From the NCBI GenBank assembly GCA_030704615.1, contig CM060731.1, positions 62,930,001 through 62,994,000 on the forward strand: a stretch of 64,000 nucleotides of DNA. The letters are read 5' to 3'. The notes under the pieces were generated by a model. The model did not search any database. It saw only the letters and a list, made by a program, of their open reading frames with translations, and was not told where the DNA came from. The stretch is from Takakia lepidozioides. Taxonomy: Eukaryota > Plantae > Bryophyta. How positions within the stretch are numbered: position 1 is the first letter of the stretch; each line of letters starts with the position of its first letter. Shown here in pieces: positions 1 through 13,659 of this stretch. The position numbers and the translations under genes were made by a program.

Positions 1-2242
1 CTCCCATATATGCGACTGTTGTCGTCACCTTTTAAATGTGAACTGGTTAATGACCTCTAGGATCAATGGATCCCACGACAGGCTGATGCAACCTAGTCTG
101 CCAGTGCTTGCAACCCACAATTACTCGACCCACCCAAAGCATGCCATTTGGATAGTTAATCTTGTTGATACACCCTAATAAAGGACAGTATATTGTTTTA
201 CAACATTTGAATCACCTTTAAAGACATGCAACGGCCTCGATAAACAGGTAACGCTGGACAGGACTGATTCCATTTTATACTTCCATATCTGAAAGTTGTG
301 GCCATTGAACTTTTAAAATTTATACTACACATTCATATCTGATCAAACATGCAATCTGCACCATTCAGTGCTCTCTGATCCCACTTTCATCTCATTTTCT
401 GCATACAGTATCACACATCGAGTTCCTCCTGTGCTACAAGTCAACAACAGCGGAAAACCATCACACTATATATTACTTTTGGCGGCAATTGTATAGTTCC
501 AATCTCACTGTTCTCAACTCAATATTCCAAGGGTGAGGAAGTGGCAGGCTCTCAATTGAGCCAGATCGGATAGGGATTTGTCTCTCACAACGCGTTACAA
601 TGAGGTATGACAGATCATCCAGCTCGTGCAACCCCAAATCTCCGGCTCCACTTTCGCTGTGGGAATCTTAAGCCAAAGAAAGTTCTGTAAAGGGAGCGTT
701 AAGTACTTTACAGATTCGAACCACTTTAAGAACATTCCATCCATTTATATCTTGACAACATGTGTCAAACACTAAGTGGCTCCATAAATGCATTGTGTAG
801 TCATCGTGTGAGGGAGGGCAAGGCCAATAAATGCTCAAGAAATGGGACCCATGTATATTCTTAGACATCTCTCACCATGTCCGTCCGTTCCTTAAACCCC
901 ACTACATTTGCATCCCCAACCACTGTCCACCATCACCAATTTGATTAAATATTAACTACAACTATTGTATATTTTTATTGATTTTATTTTATTTAGACAA
1001 CCAAGCTGTAGCCCAGTGGTAATGGGTACGGAAGAGGTGGCTTTTTCCAGCAACTAACCGGTAACCGGAACCGCCCCCATGTTGGATCCAGAACCGGAAC
1101 CGGAACTGTAATTGTGGAACCGGAACCTAAGGTTCTTTACAAATGCATGAACCACCCAACACTGGTAGATGGATACCACCTCGGAAGTTGTTGAAATTAA
1201 TGAGACATTTGGTTGTTTTATTTATGGATTCTCGCAAGGGAAGTTGGTGAATTTCTAATAGGAATATTTAGTAGTAAATACTGAGTGGTTTTTTATCACC
1301 TCTGTTTCCGATATTTAAAAACCCGTTGGTTCCAGTTATTAAGCAAATTCCATCTTAAATTCTCATACCCGTCGTTTATCAATAGTAATGGAAAATTTCA
1401 AGCTCCGTGTTATCAATCATAGTCCTGGTCATTGTCTGATCCGGTTATTAGATTTAACTGTTTTTATGAACTTAATTAATTATTCAGCTCGAAAACAGAT
1501 GTAGTCTCGCGCCCTTGCTATCCGTATTTCCAAGGGGATGCCGCTTTTAAATCCACAAACTTGCCTTTTCATCCACTCCATGACCAGAGCCGGGATCCCT
1601 TTCCTCTCTTTCAAGCATGCTATGTGAAAACAAGGGAAAACAACTAAGGAGGAACATCCACCTCCTCAATTAGATCTTTAATAAAAAGAAAACCTACTAG
1701 TTGTCACAATATTCTTGCCCAGATATCCAGATATCTAATTGATAATTATCAATATGAAAAAGATCTGTCCCCTTTCTTTAAACTTTTTCAAAGAAAAAAG
1801 ACTACATACTTGTTGGTTATCATCAATACACCGTAGAGGTCGCTCTATTCCGACATTAATTAATTCACTTTAAGAGAGAACAAAAATAGACGAAATATGG
1901 GAATAATCTTCATTTAAAAGATGAACTTTGAAAACAAAAGGTGGTAATATGGCAGTGAAAACGTCAAGTTTGAAAGGAAAAAATATATATAAAGTTTGAG
2001 ACTTATTAAACATGTTTACCACTAACCATGACTATGGCTTCCAGAGAATTATGGCTAACCATAACTATGATCTCTGACAAAGAATGTCATCTGTACGTGA
2101 ATCTTGACATGGCCCACCTAATTTAATGAGAAGTACTCATGAGTGCCGAATTCCTGAAAAATTGGATGAAGCCTTAATGAAAAAATTAATATTGTCAGTA
2201 AGCCTGCCGAACCTGGCGACCTGCATATGTATTTAATGATTC

Positions 2243-4251
2243 CAGCAGGGGTCGGTTTTTGGAGTGAAGCATTTCCACCAATATTTACATGGGAGCAAAT
2301 TTACGGTTGAAACTGATCATCTATTGTTAAAAGCTCTTGTTAAACCTCGAGAATTATATGGGAGACTTGCTCGGTGGGCTATATATTTGCAGGTCTTTGA
2401 CATGGATATAGTGTACAAGAAGGGTAAAGAGAACAACAATGCTGATGCTCTTACACGCACTGATCCACCAACCAGCAGGCCTTATGTTTCCCTAGATGAT
2501 TTGGCTACTTCTGATTCTCAATCTGCTAGAGCTCCTAATCTTGTTTATAATTTGCTTTATGCAACTCAATCTTCTCTTGTTGCTGATATTCGTGAATTGA
2601 CTGCTACTTAGGGATGGTCCAGCCTTCTTGATGGCTTTGGTTGATTTTGGTTGTGCCAGTAGGACAGTGGATCTAATGTATAGAAGCTTGGGGTGGTGTC
2701 TGATTTCTCATTTCTGCATAAGTCTTGTTGCTTACTTTCTTGTAAACGTTTGTTGAGTTCAGCTGTTGTACTCCGGCATGGCTTAGGCAGGAACTTAAGG
2801 CTTGATCAGGCTGCTCACGAGTTGTTTCAAATGAGGTGGGGAAAGAGTGGTTGGAGATAACTTGAGGCAGACACTCATGTCCACCCCTGCTAAACCCATT
2901 GGACCATAACCTGCCATGGATGATTCACTGCACGTAGCGCTACTTTAGCGGTGTCTTACCGGACGTACGCCGGCAGCACTTCCTGATAACCTGAAGAAGC
3001 AGGTGTTATATCACATCAGCACGTATCGTTGTATGAACAACATGTTGTTCAAAGCGTGTACCAGGGAAGGAATTGTTTGTTACTTGGAGGTGCCACCACG
3101 GAGCCAGCTGACCTCTTTATTGGAGCGGTTTCATTCTTCTTTGTATGTCGGGCACTTGGCATTAAGAAAACCATAGCTTGCGTTCAAGAAGTTTACTATT
3201 GGAAAGGCATACAACGTGATGTGACTGATTTTGTCTCCAAGTGTGAGGCATGTCGTGCTAATGTACCTCTTCCTCGGGTTGGAGTTGTCTATGAATTGCA
3301 GCCCTTGCCTGTCCTGTCACCCATGTCTTTGCTCGTATAGGCATAGACTTGGTGGGACCCCTCAAGCTCACGTCAAAGGGACATAGCTATCTCTGTGTAG
3401 TTACAAATTACTTGACCAAGTGGGTGGAAGTCCGTCCTCTTTACACCAAGGATTCGGATTCAGTGGCTCAGTTTTTCTTTGATGACATTATCCTACGCCA
3501 TGGTTGTCCACGAGAGATCTTATCTGATCAGTGCAAGGAATTCTGCAATCAGCTGATGATTGTCATCTGTTTTCATTTTGGGGTGAAGCATCGAACGACA
3601 GCTCCATACCACCCTCAAACCAATGGTTTGACGGAGCGCTTCAACCAGACCATCTGCAGGATGTTGGAAAGGAATGGGGCTCTAACTCGGGAATGGGATA
3701 TCTTTCTACCTCCTATAGTTTTTGCTTATCGTACTGTTGTCCATGCTAGCACGAGGAAAACTCCCTTTGAACTTCTTTATGGTCGCAAGTGTGTCTCCCC
3801 TTTGCATTCCTCTCCTTTGATTTCTACTGTAGCTGACCCAATAGACCTTGATACGTTTTTGGAAGATTTGCATGATCGTCATGTTGTTTCAGTCAATGAT
3901 GCCAAGGCTAACATTGTGGTTGCACAAGCAGCATAGGCTCGCAATTTCAACAAGAGGGTCAAGTACACTGATCACTTCTATGAGGGACAGACGGTGTGTT
4001 TGAGACTTCAGCATGGCATGCATGTGTGCAAATCCAAGTTGAAGATCGACGGCCCGTATATGCTCTACAAGCTGGTGCGTGGTCAGCGTGCTCTGATTCT
4101 TCCTCAAGGCGCTAATACAAAATCACGTGATAAACCGGTTCACCTTACTGATTTGATCCACTCAACTTTGGTGTTTGATCTCACATGCATTAATGTGGAG
4201 GGACGTTCGGTGGTACTCACGCCTTTGGTTTCTCAAGCTGGTCCTTCCTGA
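2243..4251 (+). mobile_element. Degenerate Ty3/Gypsy LTR-retrotransposon pol remnant (RNase H, integrase zinc finger, integrase core)
   Basis: RT-RNase H-like segment FHQYLHGSKFTVETDH...GRLARWAIYLQ...KGKENNNADALTR. Integrase zinc-finger remnant LGIKKT...YYW...CEAC. Integrase core VGPL...YLTKWVE...SDQ...PYHPQTNGLTERFNQT. RNase H before integrase is the Gypsy order. Broken by stops and frameshifts. Confidence 0.9.
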
Positions 4252-4476
4252 TCTTTAGCCTAGTCATTGGCTGTATTTGCTTACTGCAGTATAGCATTAG
4301 ATGGTGCCTCGCTTGTACTCCTTGCACGGTTTTCCTTCTTGGTGGATTTTGTCCCTAGGCCCAATTTGCAGGTGCCGGGTTTTTCCCCATCAAGGTTTTT
4401 AATCCAGCAATGGAGGAGGCTCCACTTAGGGGTATGTCAATCTTAGTATTAGCTTACCTCACGGAGCTCGGATTTT

Positions 4477-5086
4477 AAAAGAGGGGGTAGCCTTCACATA
4501 TGTGATGCAGCATTCTCTCCTTGCCTCATAATGGTGGTTTTCATTCAAACCTGATAGTGACCATCCTTGTCTTTATGTACTTGGCGGCCGAACCGTTATA
4601 CATACGCTGCAATACTGGTAACCTAGGCTCGAGCGGCTGCATCTGTACCGTTGACTGCCCAACGGTTCGATCTTAGTCTAAATCCGGCTGTCTTGTTGCA
4701 AGTAGGCACGTGGCCTGGGGCTTAACCTCTGATCTCCCGTATAAAGTCAGCCCGATCTGGGGTCAAGGGTCTTTTGGTGAAATCGTGTATGAAAGGTGTA
4801 CATCTGTGTGTCTTCGGGGTTCTGCCAGTGGATGAACAGGCGTGAGAATCCTATGTGCCGTCCTCTGTGTGTTTGTGTGCCTCAATTTCTGCATTGCATG
4901 CTCTTCTGAACTATACCCCCGCTGGGGACAGGTTCGGATTTTGCAAGAACATTTGGCTGGTACACTCTAACTCTAACTATCCTTTAGTGCTCCACTTTCT
5001 GGCATGTGTCCTGTTATTAGCTGCATGACTAGGTTCTAGTCTTGTAGTTGTCTCTCAAGACAGACGTATTCCAACCAATGTCTCAT
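4477..5086 (+). mobile_element. Possible polypurine tract and 3' LTR of the Gypsy remnant
   Basis: Purine tract AAAAGAGGGGG at ~4477-4487, then TGTGA at 4501 and a TCTCA end near 5086. No 5' LTR in the window to confirm. Confidence 0.3.
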
Positions 5087-5464
5087 GTGGCTTTTTATAA
5101 TTTGTGAAAATTTTAGATAGTGTTAGGGGATCAAACGTGGTTAAACCCTAAACGTGGCTAAACTCTGGCTGTCGAACTAGGTTAGAATTTTGAGTTTTAA
5201 AGAGCTCTTCGAGTTTCTTGCGACTGAATTGGACGCTAGTTTTAGTGGCAGGTGGAGATAGGTCGAAATTGTTTCTAGAGGGAGTACACCGTAGTGCTGC
5301 AATTTGGAGGATCGGTTATGAATTGAGCTTTCCCTCGGATGTGAACAAGTGGTGGAGATGTTGGCAGAATGTGAAAGAATGAGGCACAGCGTGTGCGATA
5401 GCACTGTGGAAGCGTCCTAAGTATGTGGTAATGAGATTTTGACAGTCTGAGGAGGTCCTCCAGG

Positions 5465-5545
5465 CGGAAGCTCATTGGAGAAATTGACAGAGTCTTGAAG
5501 AAAGTGCAAGAAGGTGTTGATGTTTTTGACAGCATCTGGAATAAG
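5465..5545 (+). pseudogene. NOT3: Orphan first coding exon of CCR4-NOT subunit NOT3/NOT5
   Basis: Translates RKLIGEIDRVLKKVQEGVDVFDSIWNK followed by a GT donor, matching the conserved NOT3 N-terminus. No in-frame ATG (TGA at 5432) and no second exon recognised downstream. Confidence 0.75.
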
Positions 5546-8319
5546 GTCTCATTCCCCCGCTCCCTTTGTTCCCCTCTTTTGCCCCCCTCTCAAGACATTA
5601 GAAATAGTCGTGTTTTCTATTGCGTATGACGCACAACTTTGTAAAATTGCAACGGTGCCAAGTGTCTTCTCTTGAGGCAGCTAGGAGACAAGTTTCTTGG
5701 TATACTAAGCCTGTGACAAGTTTCGGCAATAATCTTGTTGCTTACAATACTGAGAGACTGCTTATGAGTGACCCCTGCTCCACTGTAACTGTCTCTAGCG
5801 GTCCTCCTGTGGCTATTTCATTGAATGCATTCTGTGTCTCTGTCTCAGCCTTGCCCGGTGACGGTATTTTTGCAATTTAGGGTCTTTGTTTCGCCAGACT
5901 CTTGATTTTGAGTGTAAATTCGCATTTGCCTGTCTTTGGGAGGTTTGAAAATACTAAGAGATTTGTTGCTTCTCACATCATGTGGAGAGCGTCTGCATAC
6001 TGCCAACGTTTTGGTCTTTGGCACACATTTGCAGAAAAGCTTGGTAAGTTGGTCAATTTTGTTTTATATCATCCATACAGACTTAACATCTGGAACCTCC
6101 CCAGGCAGTGCATAGTTCTATGGCACACATTTGCAGCATTCTCGAAAAGAGAGACAGACATATTTGATGGACAATTGTGAAGAGGAGGAAGAGCAAGAAA
6201 CAGATTAAACTTGTTGTAGTTCACAGACACTTGGACTTGTTTAGAGAGGGAAAGGTTAACAAATTTGGAGTGATATGCTGGCGGCTCTTTTAGGAGGCAT
6301 AGGAGTTGGTGAAACAACAACTACTGTAGTTGGTGCCACTTTCCAGGTGATTAGGTGCTTGAAATCCAGTGTGCATGCTAGGGGTCTATCTACTGTGAAG
6401 CTTAGCCTTTTATGTCCATTGACTGGCCAGTTTTGCTTTTTCTGTCTGTTTGCTCTACTTGTGACTCTCTGTTTATTTCTGTATTATGACTTCTTGACAT
6501 AGCTATCTCAATTGTGGTGATTGTCACATCGAATTTCTTGCTTTGCTGCACTATCCGCCTCAGCCTGGTCATAGTAAACAAATGGAAATGGGGTTCATAA
6601 TTATTTATCGTTGCTTGTAACAAAGGTACTCTCTCACTCTCTCTCCCACTTTGTATTTGTGTACCTTGGATCCTTCAGGCCTCCCACAGACACTATAATT
6701 TCTTTCCTACTTGTCTTCTCCCGCCCGTTGTATCAAGGAAGAGGCTCTTTAGAGGATGCTCAACACTGGCATTTAAATTTTGAAGACCAGAAATGCAGGC
6801 GGCTTGCCTTCGTCAGCACTTTCATCTTTGTGCAAGGATTTAGACTGGTTTATTTAGGGAGTTTTACTGGTCACTGGAAGAATCACATACATTTATCTGT
6901 CAGGCATTAGTGTGAGGGTTTGCTACTTTTTCTTTGGCAGGGATATACGTGCTAAGCTGAATTATTTGTGTCATTTGGTCCTGTGGTGTTGTGGCAGCCA
7001 TAGCTGGGGAGGATAAGGTGAAAGAGGGGCTTAAAATGTCTATGTAGGCCATTCAGGCAGAGCTACTTGCTGACAAGCCCAAGCTGATCGATGTGGATCG
7101 GCTAATTGTTGAGCCCATTATTACTTTGAATTTGAATTTGCTTTGAGCCAGATGGCCCTCTTGGTAGTGTGCAATCTACTGACCTTAGTCGAGGTGATGG
7201 CTCCAGTCAAACACTTTGTGAACAATTGGTTTCTGTATAAGTAATTAATTTAGACATCTACTGTTGACCCTTTTTCCCCCTCCTCAAAGGCCTGGATTTG
7301 GGCTGTCGGCCCGGGGTTTCCTTTATTTATTAAAAAAATACACATGTTATTCCCTGACACATGTTATTCCCCTGTGATCCCATTTTCCCCTCCGACACGA
7401 AGATCCTCTGCGCAGCGAATTTCACTTCAAATCCCCTACAGCTTCATAGGGGATTTGAAGTATTTCCCCAGCAGGGGACTAACCAAAAGATTCTTGTGAA
7501 AAAGTCATGAAATCTCTCCCAATTTTCTGATGTGCAAGATGTGGAATATTCCACTGTAACAGCTTTGAACATTTTAGAGAACCTGATTTTGATCTGTTGG
7601 ACCCTCCGTGATTTTCTATGCTTTATTAATGCTACTCTGATTAGAAATTTTGCAATGACTGCATGTACGCTCAGGGGGTGATTGTGATCTTAAGACTGGC
7701 ATGGCTGTCATCAATCATGCGCATTTTAATCCCTGGATTTACCCAACAGACATGGGATCTCATTTTTGCTGCAGTTGAAATCATCCGACGTGGTCACTAT
7801 TCTTGCAAGGCGCACATTAGAAGAGACCTGGAAGGGTCCTGCCTGCGTGGCACCCCCCACGCCCCCAGACGCACCCACTTCGCCGGCTCCTGCGCGGTTT
7901 GCGGTTGCCGTCCCCCACGTCCTCCCCCGCCACCCCGCCCCTCCACCCCCGCCCGCCAGCCGTCATCGATTCATGTCAAACTACAGCAGATGTCACATCT
8001 CGTGATGATCCTAACATGATGACCATAGTGGGAGTGAACACATGCATGGTTACACATGGCTACACATGTTGAAATTTGAAATTTGAAATCTAGTATTATT
8101 TTATGGACACGACTGTTCAGGACAATCCTGTGAGGTCTATTTCTAGGATTTAGGATGGATGTGTCTAGGTATGGATGGATGAGACTAGGAAGTATTTGTA
8201 ATGATAGGCGACCTCCAATCGTCACCTTCATTTCATCGGCGTCAAAAACTGTTCTGACCAGGAAAGCATACGTGCAGGCTCTATCAGCCGGACCTCCTCT
8301 GTGATTTGTATATCGACAT

Positions 8320-8384
8320 GCAGTAGCCGAAAGGTGAAATGGCTCGTAGTTACGCAGGCTTCGGCCGGAGTCTTCTCTCTCTCT
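8320..8384 (+). mobile_element. Short structured retroposon-like repeat, family A, copy 1
   Basis: GCAGTAGCCGAAAGGTGAAATGGCTCGTAGTTACGCAGGCTTCGGCCGGAGTCTTC(TC)n; homologous to 48012, 52852 and 53699. Confidence 0.7.
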
Positions 8385-10802
8385 ATGTTGGCGAGAAATC
8401 TGAAGAAATTGTGTCCCATCTCGTTTTGCCGCTTTCGAAACCAAGTGCAAATGCCTAATGCAGGTGCTTTCAACCATCATGTACTGCAGTGGCGTTTCCA
8501 ATGGCACGGCACCTCGTGGTGAAACTCAGCCCAAGTCGCCTACATTCCATGGAATCGCGTTGCTGATTTCATTACTGGGGAGTCCTCCCATGCAGATGGC
8601 CCATGCACTTTCCACATGCATCAAACAAAGAGGCTGTCCGGAGGGATCTCTCTTAGCTCCTCGCACCAACAGTGCTTTGACTATAACAAGGTACATAGGT
8701 CTGCCGATCATGTATTACAAAGACTATTCAGTAATTTCCATGAATGCATGAGTGCCTGAGTCCCCTTGGTGTAATAGTAACGGAATGTAGTTTGTTGTTG
8801 TAGGCATCATTGATAAAGCTCTGTCTCATTTCGAGCATCTTTGTATGTGGGTTGGGGGCAGGTCCAACAAATACATCCATTTCGTTTTCAGGCAGTAGAT
8901 GGGCATTTCACTCCTGCTGGAGCTACAAGGTCCACAACAATCAGCCCGTCTGTTGGCAGTATACACATGACCACTACAAAGAAAGCAAATCGACAGGTCC
9001 AAGAGGTGACATCTCTAGGTTTTTGAAATGTCAATATTATTCACTTGCAGAGGATGTCAACCCCATGTGCACCTATGCAGACTGTCTAAGCCACAGGCTG
9101 GCCACATCAAACCTCCATGCAAAGAGTTCCACAATTTGTCCAAAAAACAGTTGAACATGGATGAGGACTCTTTGGAAGATTTTGAAACTTCAGAGCCTAG
9201 CCCCTCAAATTTTCATGGTGATATTGGTGGTACAATGGGCACATAATCTGATCCCAGCAGGTGTGGTTGATGCCTCCATTGTTGAGGATGATGCATTATC
9301 TCCAGCAGCACTTTCTAAAAAGCATGACTGCGCGTGGCCACAACAGAGAATCTCCTGCAAAGAAACATAAAAACATATTAAACCAGTGGCTGAGAGGCTA
9401 TCTACAGCAAAGAATACGACAGCTGCTGGCTTGAAGACTCGACATCACAAAAAATAGACGAGACCTGTATGTATGAGGTGCTATATGTTTAATTGTAACT
9501 TCAGAGTTCCGGCACATGTACATATACGGTTGATTCTGGCATGTACAATGCTTGTTATTATCTTATATGACATTTCAATCTCACTGACATTCATACATTG
9601 TGATTGAAAATGGTTGAAATCTGAAGTCTAAGGCATTATCATGGACTTATGAATACAGATACAAGACATCATGGGGTTCAACCTTCCCACAGTGAGGCTG
9701 TTGGCCAGGGTATGGGCAGTTTGCAACATATGCAGGCTAGTGACTTTGGTAGGAAAATAGGCTATAGCAATTTCAATAGTTGTAGGTTACTTTGTGTAAC
9801 ACCTTCTGGGGCACTGGCAAGTTGATGGGGCAAGATATGTAGCCTAGCGACTTTGGCATAAAACTAGGCCCAACAATACGAATTTATGTATGTTACTTTG
9901 TTTAACACGTTCTGCAGACCTTTCTTTTGAAGACTCTAGACCAAATCCCCATGACAGATGCAACAATGTTCATATATCTGCAGGAAGGAATTGTGCACAA
10001 GGGGTTTTCTACCCCAGTTTCGGATGTTTGCTTTAGATATTTGCTAGACTAGAATCCTTGTGTCCTTACATCTGCAGGTCAAATAAAAAATTATTCACAC
10101 TGATGATGTGGAAATTTTTGAAGTTTTGTTGGGAAGAAAGCCAGCTTTTGCACAATGGCTCTAGGTGCTAGTCTTTTGTCTAATGCCTTTGACCTGCTCA
10201 CATATGGTCGAAATACCACTTGCCCCTGAGAAATTCTGGGAATACAACAAGTGGCCAGACCCAGAGGCATGTATGTTGTCTGTCAACATGAACCCAATGC
10301 TAAGCCTACTTATAAAAAGAGGATCCTTCATATCAGAGATTACTTGCCATGGATTGCACCTCCAGTTGGTATGGAACACATCATGGCAGAGAGACAAATG
10401 GAGGACAGACAGAAGGAAAATAGCTTTGCATGTGCCCACTCTGAACCAAAACATATCTGAGTGGTCACATTGCGAGCAGCAAAAGAAACAGATAACCTCT
10501 TCGGACATTTTTATTTTGGTGTGGAATCCTACAAATGGTGTGGCATTTTTGCAGTCGCCACTCTATCATATAATTCCCCCAGTTTCAGAAGACGAGGCAA
10601 CCAAAATTGATGTATGAATCTGATTAGATAAATATCCTGGCATGTAAACTACTTGAGACATTACAAGCCCATGGCAAGAATTCAGGTCCTTGCAGAATAA
10701 CGCCACAAGACAGCTCCAAAACCAAGTACCCCTGCTGCAACCAGAACTACCTGCATGAACCACCTCTTTATAATCCGGACGGTACAGAAAATTATACGCA
10801 AA

Positions 10803-11640
10803 TTAGCTTTGACAATGTCCCATGGACCTCTTCCCCCCTTCTCTAGGGCTGCCGGCTTGCATTTGGCATACATGTCTACCAGGGCAGCGTACAAGATGAC
10901 ATCTGGTATAATTCCAGCTTTGACAAGGTCACCACGGACCTCTTTTCCCTTCTCCAGGGCTGCCGACTCCCATTTGGCATACTTGTCCAGCAGGTTGGTG
11001 TTCAGAATGACATTTGGCACAATTCCAACTTTGCCGATGTCACCATGGACCTCTTTCCCCTTCTCCAGGACTGCCGCCTCACATTCAGCATACATGTCCA
11101 TCAAGGCAGTGTTTATAATGACATCTTGCACAATTCCAGCCTTCATGATGCTCCCATGGACCTCTTTCCCCCTTCTCCAGGACTGCCAACTCCCATTTTG
11201 CATACATGTCCAACAGGGTGGTGTTTAGAATGACATCTGGCACAATTCCAACTTCGGCGATGTCACCACGGACCTCTTTCCTCTTCTCCAGGGTTGCTGG
11301 CTCCCATTTGACACACTTGTCCAGCAGGCCAGTGTTCAGAATGACATCTTCCACAATTCCAGCTTCAACGATGTCCCCATAAACCTCTTCCCCCCTTCTC
11401 CAGGGCTGCCGGCGTGCATTCGGCATACATGTCTGGCAGGGCACTGTTTAGAATGTCATATGGTATAATTCCAGCTTTGCCGATGTTACCACAGACCTCA
11501 TTCCCCTTCTCCAGCGCTGCCGACTCTCATTTGGCATAGTTGTCCAGCAGGGCAGTGGTCAAAATGACATCTAGTACACAATTCCAGCTTCGATGATGTC
11601 ACCATGGACCTCTGCGCTCTTCGCCAGGGCTGCAGGCTGG
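10803..11640 (-). pseudogene. Tandem array of ~7.5 x 111-bp units encoding a 37-aa PPR-like (PLS-type) motif
   Basis: Unit anchors at 10820, 10932, 11043, 11154, 11266, 11377, 11489 and 11602. Consensus ~AALEKGKEVHGDIVKAGIVPDVILNTALLDMYAKCEP. Several units are 112-113 bp, causing frameshifts. Confidence 0.8.
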
Positions 11641-11924
11641 AATCCTAGATAAACCTGTGCTTGAAATCGGACTCCCTTGGATGAATCCGAACTCACACTC
11701 TACCCCTGTTCCTAATTCAGCTATTCCACCGGTGATTCGTTGCTTCCAAGTGAACCATGGCTTCGAACCTGAACCAGAAAGAATTTAGCTCATACAAGCT
11801 CATCATGATTGTGGGAGACTCAACCTATGTTCACACATAATTGGACAATTTGTTGCCTTCTTCCCTGTGGTTGAACTGTATTGTTGTCTGTAAGCATAGG
11901 GAGTGCTGAATAGAGTTGTCTACA

Positions 11925-12015
11925 TGTATGTGTATGCATGAAATCATCCAGATACTCATGAAAAGATTCACTTATTACTCTCTGAAAGGTTGCTGGTGCA
12001 TTACAAAGTCCAAAG
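11925..12015 (-). mobile_element. Ty3/Gypsy reverse transcriptase fragment
   Basis: PFGLCNAPATFQRVISESFHEYLDDFM matches the Gypsy RT PFGLxNAPATFQR motif. Confidence 0.75.
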
Positions 12016-12189
12016 GGCGGCGAGGAGGGGTGCGACGCAGGCAGGACCCTTGGGCTCGCATTAAACTCCAGGGCCTTTTCTAATGTGCGCCTTCTTGCAA
12101 CAGCCCTTGATCCCAAATGCAGCACATGGCACAATCGAACAATCCAGGGCATCCAACGATGGCAGGCAATCCCCTCCCCTCCTCCAGTC

Positions 12190-13240
12190 ATACTTGGCAC
12201 CCGTAATGACGTGCCTTTCTGCAGATCAATTCAGAGCCAAAGTCCAGGCTGTGTCCCAAAGTTCCTCTGGAAATTGAACTTGTCATGAACTGAGGTGAAC
12301 TGAGATTTTGGAGTGGTCTGTGAAAACGACCAGGGAGCAGCTGAGCAGCCACAGTCTGAACCTTGCACATCCTACGTTCACTCGTTGCGCAAAAGCCAAT
12401 TCCGAGCCTGGATCCTATGGCGCATACAACACAGCGACCCCAAAAAAATGACTCTCTATATCTTATGCATTGTGCGTAATCTCGCGAATGAAGATGAAAA
12501 AAGATTGGGAGAGCATCCACGCAAGAGAGTAGGTGCAGGACACGGCGAAGGCAAACAAAACAACATGCTCCTGCAAGCCCTTGGGGCTGTAATCGAGGAG
12601 CCAGAAGATTGTAGCCAATAAGAAACCAGACACTGTCACTGGCGCCAATCGTGTGAAAAATGCTCTAGGGTTTTGCAGATGTTTGTAATGCACCGCCAAG
12701 TCAAGACACGTACCTATCTCATGCCACCTTGAGTTCGGAAAGATAAGCGTCGCACTATCGTTGCAATGCTCGACGTGACAAGGTGTAGCCATCAACCTGC
12801 CTAAGTTGGCGATGCTGGCTGCTAAATCGCCAATCTTGTCTCCTGTTGGTATGGAGAAATATTGATTCAGAAGGATGGTCTTACTGGAACGCGTGTTGCT
12901 AAGATGAAACACAGACAAATCGAGATTGCTCATATAGGTAGACATAAAACGGTCTACAAGCGGTTCAATGATACCATCAGATCAAGAGGAAACCCTCTAG
13001 CATTCCAAGTGAGCAGATACAATGGGATAACCAGGATTGAACTCTATAAAGCACGCAGTAAGATCCTTACCAGGGTGCCCCATGCATATCATCTGTCCAT
13101 TTGCAAGAAAGATCAGTACATTGCCAACAAGTCTCAGAATGCGACCGCTGGGTTGATGGACAAACATCATCACAACGCTTCCCATCTCTGCAATGTGCTT
13201 AAGAATCTTGACGACCGTGCCCGGAGCTTGGCGCATCAGA
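12190..13240 (-). pseudogene. Degenerate half-size ABCG transporter (ABCG1/6/16/20-like) fragment
   Basis: H-loop region VVKILKHIAEMGSVVMMFVHQPSGRIL...LIFLANGQ. Transmembrane region FTRLAPVTVSGFLLATIFWLLDYSPKGLQEH..LFAFAVS, DALPIF and IFIREITHNA. Many frameshifts and stops; Walker A region not seen. Confidence 0.75.
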
Positions 13241-13659
13241 AGAGAACGAGTCGCGGGGGTGGGTGGGTAGGCCCGACACCGACAGCTTTCCGGAGTTGAC
13301 TGCTGAGACAGTCAGAAGAAGAATGGTGAGGGCCACCTAACTGTGTCACCAACCTCTGCCCTACGAGTTGGCCCAACCATAACAGCACACGTGCGGGAAA
13401 GTCAAAGAGCGATGGGACGCCGTCGCTTACTTTCGGGGGTCGCGGTGCTGTGGGCCAAGTCGGCGTCACCTTCCCCGTCGATGGAGAGAGGAGAGTGACT
13501 GCGTGCAGAGATGCGGGCCCCGCGTTGGAAAATTGGTGGTGGTTGTCGGGGGAAAGCTGCAGCTGATTGAGCGCGTTGTTGCTCGCGCTTTCAAGAAGGA
13601 AATTCTGAGGATTGCGGATCTGTGAATTGGAGGAGCGGAGTGTGTTTTGTTAGACTGCA

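Noticed and set aside
1014-1165. Possible MITE with AACCGG repeats and CAGTG/CACTG ends
   Set aside because: TIR match is only about 5 bp and no TSD was found.
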